A program made the translations under genes and the position numbers. DNA of 64,000 nt from Crocinitomicaceae bacterium (GTDB lineage Bacteria > Bacteroidota > Bacteroidia > Flavobacteriales_D > Crocinitomicaceae): assembly GCA_965284445.1 (NCBI GenBank), contig OZ260085.1:2017443-2081442 (forward strand), read 5' to 3'. The notes below the pieces were generated by a model. That model searched no databases. It was given only the letters and a program-made list of their open reading frames with translations, and was not told where the DNA came from. Shown here in pieces: positions 56,166-64,000 of this stretch. The stretch's first letter is position 1. Each line of letters begins with the position of its first letter.

Positions 56166-56173
56166 CAAATATA
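56166..56173 (-). promoter_or_regulatory. -7 box TATATTTG for the tRNA
   Basis: The reverse complement of CAAATATA lies about 29 nt upstream of the tRNA 5' end. Confidence 0.4.
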
Positions 56174-56223
56174 CAAATCTCTTCTTTAAACGCAAAGATT
56201 CGCATTAATTATCTGATGTAAAA

Positions 56224-57366
56224 CTAAAATCCCTTCAAATCAAATGATTCAGAATCGACCATTTCGACCATCCTTTTCATTTTCTTTTGAATTACTTTAA
56301 AGTGATGCTCGTCTTCTGGCGATACAAATGTCAGCGCTTCTCCGCTCGCTTCTGCTCTACCCGTACGACCGATGCGATGCACAAATTCTTTGGGAGATCT
56401 GGGCAAATCATAGTTGAAAACAAATGGCAAAAACTGAATGTCAATTCCCCTGGAAATCAAATCTGTTGCAACCAACACGCGCGTGCGACCAGCTTTGAAA
56501 TTGGCCAAAGATTTCGTTCTCGCCTCTTGACTTTTCTTGCTGTGAATCGCTACAGCGTTGATTCCGTTTTTCTGTAATTTATCGGTTACTTTATCCGCCT
56601 GAAAAATGGAACTGGTAAAAACCAAGACTTGTTGCATGTTTTTGGATTTAATCAAATACCGCAACAAAGGACCTTTGCTTTCTTCCGAAACACGATATGC
56701 CGCTTGCTGAATTAATTCGATTGATTTTTCCTCTGCTTCGATTTTAATTACCTCTGGATTTTGCAATAAAATCTGTGTAATTGCTGAAACATCTTCGTTT
56801 AATGTCGCTGAAAAAAGTAAATTTTGTCTCTTTTTCGGTAATACAGATAAAATGCGATTCATTTCCTTTTGGAAACCTAAATTCAACAATTTATCCGCTT
56901 CATCAAGTACCAACGTTCTGCATTCGTGCAATTTCACTGCATTGGACTCAATCAATTCTATCAAACGTCCTGGAGTGGCTATCAAAACATTCACGCCTAT
57001 CATCGCTTTCATTTGCGGATTGATGGAAACACCTCCGTAAACTGCCATTGACCGAACATCCGAGTTCATCGCAGATGTGAATGTATGGAAAACGGCTTGC
57101 ACTTGGATTGCCAATTCGCGCGTTGGTAGCACAATTAATGCTTGAATATTTCGGTTTCGTTCTAACTTTTTGTCGCCCAATTTATTCAAAATCGGAAGCG
57201 CAAAACTCAAGGTTTTACCTGACCCAGTGGGAGCAATGACCAAAACATCTTTTTGGGTTTGGATCGCTGGAATCACCTTTTCCTGAACGGGATAAGGTCG
57301 CTCGTATTTTAATTCAGTCAGCGTTTTAACTAAAGCATCTGATAATCCAAAGTAAGAAAATGGCAT
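56224..57366 (-). CDS. DEAD-box ATP-dependent RNA helicase
   Basis: APTGSGKT, LDEAD, SAT and HRIGRTGR motifs. Confidence 0.92.
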   Translation of the reverse strand: MPFSYFGLSDALVKTLTELKYERPYPVQEKVIPAIQTQKDVLVIAPTGSGKTLSFALPILNKLGDKKLERNRNIQALIVLPTRELAIQVQAVFHTFTSAMNSDVRSMAVYGGVSINPQMKAMIGVNVLIATPGRLIELIESNAVKLHECRTLVLDEADKLLNLGFQKEMNRILSVLPKKRQNLLFSATLNEDVSAITQILLQNPEVIKIEAEEKSIELIQQAAYRVSEESKGPLLRYLIKSKNMQQVLVFTSSIFQADKVTDKLQKNGINAVAIHSKKSQEARTKSLANFKAGRTRVLVATDLISRGIDIQFLPFVFNYDLPRSPKEFVHRIGRTGRAEASGEALTFVSPEDEHHFKVIQKKMKRMVEMVDSESFDLKGF

Positions 57367-57442
57367 AAAATAATTTTGTGTGATCTACGCAACTTGCGCA
57401 ATACAAAAGTACAAATATCAAATGGGGAAAATTGCGAATCTT

Positions 57443-58462
57443 TTAATTCACAGCTAATTTTCGCATTCTTAAAGTCGCTAACAATAAGATTGTCAGTAAC
57501 CACGTAGCAAAAATCAAGTGAGAAGTTTGAACCAAACCTGGCATATCGGCATAAGCCAACAAAACTCCAGAGGTCAATTCAATCGCCAGCACAATAAAAG
57601 CCATGTAAATCAAACGTTTTTGTGGTCCTTTGAAATTCAACCAAGCCAAAACGGTCAACATAATCAATACCAACCAAGAAAAAGAACGGTGAATGTAAAA
57701 CGGCATTCCCAATTTATCAGTCCAAGAATCACGCCCGTAGCCTTGCATGGTCAACATGTCAATCGATTCACGTACTTGTGTTCCCAAAAACATTTGGATA
57801 AAAGTGATTAAAAAAGTAATTCCAACAATCCACCTCATCGGAGTTGAAAGATGCAATTTAATTTGCTGACTGGGGCTCACTTGAAGTAAAATAATCGCCT
57901 GAATCGCAATGATTACTATCGCGAAGAATAAATGAACCGTAATCGTCCAAGGAACCAAATTTGTCGCAACTACAATAGAACCAAACCAAGCTTGAAACAT
58001 CAAAAAGATGAGATTAATCGTTGCAAGAAAAACCAATTTTCTTTGTCTATATCGAACCAAAACCCACAGAAAAATCAAAAGCACTGTATTTCCAGCTAAA
58101 AAACCGACCAAACGATTGACATATTCAGTCCAAGTTTTACGCGCATTAAAATCTTGCTCGTACAACAATGATTTATCTTCTCTGATTTTTTTTGCTTCCG
58201 TCTTGAAACCAATAGCGTCTAATAACTTCGAGAATTTTTCAATTTTTTTGGCGCGTTTGGTCGAATAAACTACTTTGTAATCAGCAGGTAAAACCGCTTC
58301 ATCCGTTGGTGGAACCCACTGACCAAAGCATTTTGGCCAATCTGGACAGCCCATTCCACTTCCGGAAATTCGCACAAAACTTCCTGCAATCGTTACTAAA
58401 AAAATTAAAACCAATGAAATCCAGTTGAGTCGGATAAACCATTTGCTATATGTTCTGTTCAT
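57443..58462 (-). CDS. ctaA: COX15/CtaA family heme A synthase
   Basis: Eight TM segments. GSGMGCPDWPKC N-terminal motif and conserved His residues in the TM helices. Confidence 0.82.
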   Translation of the reverse strand: MNRTYSKWFIRLNWISLVLIFLVTIAGSFVRISGSGMGCPDWPKCFGQWVPPTDEAVLPADYKVVYSTKRAKKIEKFSKLLDAIGFKTEAKKIREDKSLLYEQDFNARKTWTEYVNRLVGFLAGNTVLLIFLWVLVRYRQRKLVFLATINLIFLMFQAWFGSIVVATNLVPWTITVHLFFAIVIIAIQAIILLQVSPSQQIKLHLSTPMRWIVGITFLITFIQMFLGTQVRESIDMLTMQGYGRDSWTDKLGMPFYIHRSFSWLVLIMLTVLAWLNFKGPQKRLIYMAFIVLAIELTSGVLLAYADMPGLVQTSHLIFATWLLTILLLATLRMRKLAVN

Positions 58463-58666
58463 ACTGTCGATATTTCACTTTTCAACTGTCAAAAAGCGCT
58501 GTAAAGTTATACAAGTTGTTTGAGTCAAGTTCAATAATTATCGGAATTTTTCATGACTTTTATCAACCTTTATTAGAACAAAATCAAACAAGAAAAGTTT
58601 AAAAGAAAATCCAAGAAAATAGTTTGATTCGCTTTAAATTTGAGACCTTTGTTTTAGAATTAAAAA

Positions 58667-59485
58667 ATGATGAAAATAGCGATTATTGGTTTTGGTTGGT
58701 TGGGATTTCCGTTAGGAAAATCATTGTTAGAAAAAGGGCACGAAATTGTTGGAACCACTACCACTTTATCCAAAATTAAACAACTGGAAGAAAATGGATT
58801 TTCAGTTGAACGATTGGACCTTTCAACGGATTTACCGCAGAATTTAAATTCTTTTTTCGAAAAAACAGAGATCTGTGTTCTAAATTTTCCACCAAAAAGA
58901 GATAAATCAAACCCTGACATTCGATTTTATGGGGAACAACTATTGAGAGCAATTCAACCATTTCCTGCTGAAACAAAATTCATTTTTGTTAGTTCTACAG
59001 GCATTTATCCAGATTCTATTTCAGTTGCAAAAGAGGATGAATTTGATAGATTGCGTATTTTGAACGAAAATCATTTGGCGTTCGCGGAAGAAGTTTTGCA
59101 TCAAAAGTTAAAAGAACGATTGACGATTGTTAGGATGGCTGGATTGATTGGAGCGGATCGACAAATTGCGAAATATTTTGCGGGAAAAGAGAATCTACCA
59201 AATGGAAAATCACCAGTAAATTTGATTCACCAAAAAGATTGCATCGGAATCATTGAAGCCATAGTTGAAAAACAAATTTGGGGAGAAATTTTTAATGCTT
59301 GTGCGTCGGAACATCCAACGAAAGAAGCATATTATACTTTTTGCTGTGATAAGCTGAAACTAACAAAACCTCAATACTCAATTGAAGAAAATACTTCCAT
59401 TTCTAAAATTGTCGACAATAACAAATCAAAATCAATGCTTAACTACAAATATAAGCTCGACAATCCATTCGATTTCTTGGAATAA
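58667..59485 (+). CDS. NAD(P)-binding Rossmann-fold protein (SDR/epimerase-like)
   Basis: KIAIIGFGWLGFPLG dinucleotide-binding motif. Confidence 0.65.
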   Translation: MMKIAIIGFGWLGFPLGKSLLEKGHEIVGTTTTLSKIKQLEENGFSVERLDLSTDLPQNLNSFFEKTEICVLNFPPKRDKSNPDIRFYGEQLLRAIQPFPAETKFIFVSSTGIYPDSISVAKEDEFDRLRILNENHLAFAEEVLHQKLKERLTIVRMAGLIGADRQIAKYFAGKENLPNGKSPVNLIHQKDCIGIIEAIVEKQIWGEIFNACASEHPTKEAYYTFCCDKLKLTKPQYSIEENTSISKIVDNNKSKSMLNYKYKLDNPFDFLE

Positions 59486-59606
59486 TTCCGACTTAAAAAT
59501 AACTGTAAATTAACTTATTATCAGAGTCGAAAACATTAAATTTGTTCCTGAAAAATCCAATTTAAGCAACCATAGTTTGATTTATTTCGTTTAGTTATCC
59601 TAGACA

Positions 59607-62300
59607 ATGAAGTTTAAAAGTTTATTCTTATTTCTCCTGTTTTGGTGTTCATTCTTCAATGCACATGCTACGCACATTATTGGTGGTGAGATTTACTATG
59701 ACTATTTAGGAAACAACAATTACCGAATTTCAATTGCTGTTTACCGAGATTGTGCAACCGTATCAGGTGCTCCCTATGATGACCCAATGTACTTGGCCAT
59801 CTATAGCTCCAATAATGTTTTGGTGCAAAATGTGGAAATTCCATTTCCTGGAAGTGTCGTTTTGCCAATTATTTTCAACAATCCTTGCGTAGTCACACCA
59901 ACAGGGTTTTGCAACGAAAAAGCTGTTTATACCACAATTGTAAATCTCCCTCCAACGACTGGCGGTTACACGTTATCTTACCAAAGATGCTGCAGAAGAC
60001 CTGACGTTGTAAATATAGTCGATCCAGGTAGTACTGGTCTAACTTTAACAACTCACATTCCGGGAACTGCAAGCAATAATTTTCAAAACAGCAGTCCAAG
60101 ATTCACCAATTATCCACCTTTGGTTTTGTGCAACAATGATGACTTGGTTTTTGACCATTCAGCAACAGATCCTGATGGAGATCAATTAGTTTATGAATTA
60201 ATAACTCCATATTCTGGGGCAGATGCAAACAACCCACAACCAAACCCTGCGCCTCCGCCAAATTACGGACCTGTTTTTTGGGCGACCAATTTTAATGCAG
60301 CAAATCCGCTAGGACCAGGTGCAACGATTTCTATCAATCCAACAACGGGAGTTTTGACAACAAACCCAGAATTAATTGGATTATTTGTTGTGGGAATTAG
60401 AGTAAAAGAATACAGAAACGGTGTTTTAATCGGTCAAACTGACCGCGACTTTATCTTTAAAGTAATCAACTGTAACATTACTTTGCAAGCGATTTTGACT
60501 CCACAATCAGAGATGACAACATTTGTCTCCTTTTGTGAAGGTGCATCAATTACTTTTGAAAATGAAAGTTATGGCGCCACTACTTATGCATGGGATTTTG
60601 GGGTAACTAATTCTACAACTGACGTAAGTACTCAATTTGAACCAACGTTTACTTTTCCTGCAATAGGAACTTACAATGTTACATTAATTGCCAATCCAGG
60701 TTGGCCTTGCACTGATACCTCTGTTCAAGTTTTTGAAGTGAACGAAAATCTTCAAGTTAGTTATACTGTCAATGATTCACTTTGTTTTTTTGACAATTCA
60801 TTTGATTTCAACGGAACGTTTATCGGACCAGCTGGGACAACTTTCATGTATGATTTTGGGCCAAACGCTTCCATCGATTCCTCTAATCAACTTGATGTAA
60901 ATGATGTTAGTTTCTCTACCAGTGGATATATGCCTGTAACACTCACAGGAAGTTTTGGAACTTGCTTGCGAACTTTTACTGATTCTGTCTACATTTACCC
61001 TGGTTCTGCCGCTGATTTTAGTTTTCCACAATCTACTGAATGCGGGGGACTTACCGTCAATTTCATCAATAATTCTCAAAACGCAGCAGGGAATAATTGG
61101 GATTTTGGAGTTTCAAATAGTACAACTGATATTAGTTCTGCTTTTAGTCCAAGTTTTACTTATCCCACCGGAGGAACCTATAACGTTACTTTGATTGTCA
61201 ATAACAACAACATTTGTAACGATACCTTAATTCAACCAATTACTGTTTATGAATCTCTTTTCGTGGACTTTACTCACAATGATTCACTCTGCATTACGGA
61301 AAACAGTTTTAATTTTGACGGAACGGTTTCTGGTCCGCCAAACATCACTGTAATCAATTGGGAATTTGGTCCAAATGCGTCCATTCAAACTTCTAATCAA
61401 GAGGACGTCAATAATGTTGTATACAATCAACCTGGTGTTTATCCTGTGACATTAACTGCTTCATTTAATTCTTGCTCCGAAACTGCAACATCGACCGTGA
61501 CCATTTTTAGAGAACCAGCAATCAACTTTGGAATTGATTCAAATTTAAGATGTGCTCCTTATCTAGCTCAATTCATCGACTTAAGTATCTCTGATACGCC
61601 AATTCAATATCTTTGGGATTTTGGTGATGGATCCACTTCGACACTTCAAAATCCAGCTCACATTTATACGGAGCCAGGCATTTATGATGTTTCATTGCAA
61701 ATAGAAACGAATGAGGGTTGTATCGCAGCACTTGAAATGATTAAACCTAACTTTTTGGAAGTTCACCCTTCGCCTGTTTCGAAATTTAGTGTTAGCCCAG
61801 AAATCACGGATATTTGCGATTCAAAAATCACTTTCACAGATTTGTCAAGTGGCGCAATTAGCTACGTTTATTTATTCAATGACAAAGGAACTGGTGTAAG
61901 CGAAATACAAAATCCTATCTACTATTACACAACAAGCGGTCAAAAATATCCGCAACAAATTGTAACGAATGAATTTGGTTGCACTGATACCAGCTTTGTA
62001 GGTTTGTATATTGAGCCGTTTACCGTTTATATTCCAAACACGTTCACCCCAGATGGTGATGAATTTAACAACATTTTCAATGCAATCATTTACTTACAAG
62101 TTTCTTCTTGGTCGTTCAAAGTTTTCGACCGTTGGGGAGAATTACTATTTGAGTCAAATGACCCAGAATTTGGCTGGGACGGAACGTATGGAGGAAAATT
62201 AGTTCAAGACGATACCTATACCTACGTGTTAAAATATGTTTCTTGTGAAGACTACGTGACTCCTCATGTGATAACTGGTCACGTCAATGTTTTGAAATAA
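59607..62300 (+). CDS. T9SS type B (gliding-motility-associated CTD) cargo protein with multiple PKD domains
   Basis: Signal peptide. THIIGGEIYY...YRDC N-terminal domain, 5 or more PKD modules (WDFG motifs), and CTD YIPNTFTPDGDEFNNIF...FDRWGELLFES...GWDGT...GHVNVLK. Confidence 0.85.
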   Translation: MKFKSLFLFLLFWCSFFNAHATHIIGGEIYYDYLGNNNYRISIAVYRDCATVSGAPYDDPMYLAIYSSNNVLVQNVEIPFPGSVVLPIIFNNPCVVTPTGFCNEKAVYTTIVNLPPTTGGYTLSYQRCCRRPDVVNIVDPGSTGLTLTTHIPGTASNNFQNSSPRFTNYPPLVLCNNDDLVFDHSATDPDGDQLVYELITPYSGADANNPQPNPAPPPNYGPVFWATNFNAANPLGPGATISINPTTGVLTTNPELIGLFVVGIRVKEYRNGVLIGQTDRDFIFKVINCNITLQAILTPQSEMTTFVSFCEGASITFENESYGATTYAWDFGVTNSTTDVSTQFEPTFTFPAIGTYNVTLIANPGWPCTDTSVQVFEVNENLQVSYTVNDSLCFFDNSFDFNGTFIGPAGTTFMYDFGPNASIDSSNQLDVNDVSFSTSGYMPVTLTGSFGTCLRTFTDSVYIYPGSAADFSFPQSTECGGLTVNFINNSQNAAGNNWDFGVSNSTTDISSAFSPSFTYPTGGTYNVTLIVNNNNICNDTLIQPITVYESLFVDFTHNDSLCITENSFNFDGTVSGPPNITVINWEFGPNASIQTSNQEDVNNVVYNQPGVYPVTLTASFNSCSETATSTVTIFREPAINFGIDSNLRCAPYLAQFIDLSISDTPIQYLWDFGDGSTSTLQNPAHIYTEPGIYDVSLQIETNEGCIAALEMIKPNFLEVHPSPVSKFSVSPEITDICDSKITFTDLSSGAISYVYLFNDKGTGVSEIQNPIYYYTTSGQKYPQQIVTNEFGCTDTSFVGLYIEPFTVYIPNTFTPDGDEFNNIFNAIIYLQVSSWSFKVFDRWGELLFESNDPEFGWDGTYGGKLVQDDTYTYVLKYVSCEDYVTPHVITGHVNVLK
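60591..61613 (+). repeat. In-gene tandem duplication of a two-PKD unit (507 and 516 nt)
   Basis: The WDFG anchors at 60591, 61098 and 61614 are in frame. The units share WDFGV(T/S)NSTTD...GTYNVTLI...NDSLC...F(D/N)F(N/D)GT...FGPNASI. Confidence 0.7.
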
Positions 62301-62465
62301 AAACGAATTTCACTTTATCATCCATTCATTTGCTTTTTTACCCAAAATAATTACACTGATTTTCCAGTTTGGGATAATTAACAAAAAATATATTTAATAT
62401 GCTTGCATAATAAAAAAGTGTTTTTTACCTTAGTCGAAAATAAAGACTTTTTTAAATACACTTAT

Positions 62466-64000
62466 ATGTCAGAATTAAATCAATCAGCTTTAAAAGGCGG
62501 AGAATTTATCATCCGAAAAACATTGCCTTCTCAGATTTTTACGCCTGAAGAATGGACTGAAGAACAAAAAATGATTGCACAAATGTGTGATGATTTCATC
62601 GCTCAAGAAGTCACTCCAAACTTGGAAAGAATCGACAAAATGGAAGAAGGTTTGATGCCTTCACTTTTGGAAAAAGCAGGAGAATTAGGAATGTTGGGAA
62701 TGTCTGTTCCAGAAGAATTTGGTGGAATGGGCGTTGATTTCAAAACTTCTTTATTGGCCACTGAAAGACTAGGAAAAGGACATTCATTTTCTGTCGCTTA
62801 TGGCGCACATACCGGAATCGGAACTTTGCCATTGTTGTATTATGGAACTGATGCTCAAAAAGCAAAATACGTTGCAAAATTAGCAACAGGTGAATGGAAA
62901 GCTGCCTACTGTTTGACTGAGCCAGGTTCAGGTTCTGATGCCAATTCTGGAAAAACCAAAGCAGTACTTTCTGAAGATGGAACCTACTATTCAATCACAG
63001 GTCAAAAAATGTGGATCACCAATGGTGGATTTGCGAATTTTTTCACTGTCTTCGCTAAAATTGGTGATGATAAAAACTTAACGGCTTTCTTGGTTGAAGC
63101 TGATTCTGAAGGAATTTCCTTGAATCCGGAAGAGAAAAAAATGGGAATCAAAGGTTCTTCAACCAGACAAGTTTTCTTCAACAATGTGAAAGTGCCAGCT
63201 GAAAACATACTTTCTGAAAGAGAAAATGGTTTCAAAATCGCAATCAACATTTTAAATATTGGCCGTATCAAATTGGCCGCTGGTGTTTTAGGTGGTGCTA
63301 AAGAAACAATCACAGAATCGATTAAATATGCCAATGAAAGAGAACAATTTGGTCGTTCAATTTCAAAATATGGCGCTATCAGATATAAAATCGCTGAACA
63401 AGCAATTCGCGCATTTGCGGTAGAATCTGCAACATATCGTGCTGGACAAAATATCGACGATGCAATTAAAGCATACATCGATGGTGGAATGCCGAAATCG
63501 CAAGCAACATTGAAAGGAATTGAACAATTCGCAGCTGAATGTGCAGTTTTGAAAGTTGCAGGATCTGAATGTTTGGATTATGTGGTAGATGAAGCTGTTC
63601 AAATCTTCGGTGGAATGGGTTATTCAGCAGAATCAACTGTGGAAAGAGCTTACAGAGATTCTCGAATCAACCGAATTTTTGAAGGAACAAATGAAATCAA
63701 CCGCATGTTGACAGTCGACATGATTTTGAGACGCGCCATGAAAGGTGAATTGGATTTAATGGGACCTGCGATGCAAGTAGCTGGAGAATTGATGAGTATT
63801 CCTGAGGCAGTTGAAACTGGAGACGGACCGTTGGCAGCAGAATATGCAATGATTGAAGGATTCAAAAAATCAATCTTGATGGTTGCTGGCTCAGCAGTTC
63901 AAAAATTAATGCAAACACTTTCTAAAGAACAAGAAGTTTTGATGGGAATCGCAGATATCGCTATCTGGACATACCAAGCGGAATCTGTTTTATTGCGCGT
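62466..64000 (+). CDS. Acyl-CoA dehydrogenase (long FadE-like), 3' end cut by window edge
   Basis: Hand translation from the ATG at 62466: MSELNQSALKGGEFIIRKTLPSQIFTPEEW...AYCLTEPGSGSDANSGKT...QKMWITNGGFANFF...ERTREQFGRSI-like region...YRDSRINRIFEGTNEINR. It is open to base 64000 and absent from the ORF track because no stop is reached. Confidence 0.9.
   Translation, partial: MSELNQSALKGGEFIIRKTLPSQIFTPEEWTEEQKMIAQMCDDFIAQEVTPNLERIDKMEEGLMPSLLEKAGELGMLGMSVPEEFGGMGVDFKTSLLATERLGKGHSFSVAYGAHTGIGTLPLLYYGTDAQKAKYVAKLATGEWKAAYCLTEPGSGSDANSGKTKAVLSEDGTYYSITGQKMWITNGGFANFFTVFAKIGDDKNLTAFLVEADSEGISLNPEEKKMGIKGSSTRQVFFNNVKVPAENILSERENGFKIAINILNIGRIKLAAGVLGGAKETITESIKYANEREQFGRSISKYGAIRYKIAEQAIRAFAVESATYRAGQNIDDAIKAYIDGGMPKSQATLKGIEQFAAECAVLKVAGSECLDYVVDEAVQIFGGMGYSAESTVERAYRDSRINRIFEGTNEINRMLTVDMILRRAMKGELDLMGPAMQVAGELMSIPEAVETGDGPLAAEYAMIEGFKKSILMVAGSAVQKLMQTLSKEQEVLMGIADIAIWTYQAESVLLR

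Overview
The window is an AT-rich chromosomal segment that looks like Bacteroidota, probably Flavobacteriia-like. Three things support this: type A and type B T9SS C-terminal sorting domains, many TAnnTTTG -7 promoter boxes just upstream of start codons, and the uppS-bamA-skp-skp-murI and exbB-exbD-exbD-tonB syntenies. I call about 60 protein genes and one tRNA. Housekeeping genes include aroA, a DAHP synthase/chorismate mutase fusion, tsaB, purB, atpDC, uppS, bamA, murI, rnhA, ctaA and a DEAD-box helicase. Accessory or unusual patches are: (1) three tandem tail-less SSB paralogs; (2) a tightly packed ars operon, arsR / Cys-tailed unknown / non-ArsM methyltransferase / LMW-PTP arsC / acr3 / GNAT; (3) large T9SS cargo proteins and a WG-repeat/propeller/YbjN-like operon; (4) a second TonB paralog behind a 600-bp non-coding region; (5) a CTP-synthase glutaminase-like protein whose catalytic triad is replaced; (6) an operon of KdpD-type kinase, KdpE-type regulator, kup and a porin, with KdpE-box-like repeats in front of kup; (7) an Fe-S (6-4) photolyase plus CRY-DASH pair, followed by a HepT/MntA toxin-antitoxin pair and tRNA-Met(CAT). 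I found no CRISPR array, rRNA, transposase, integrase or obvious prophage. Two genes run off the window edges: 1..1158, and an acyl-CoA dehydrogenase at 62466..64000 that is missing from the ORF track. Several ORF-track starts are 5'-extended and were trimmed using promoter boxes, terminators and neighbouring stop codons. All family assignments rest on motif reading and memory, not on database searches.
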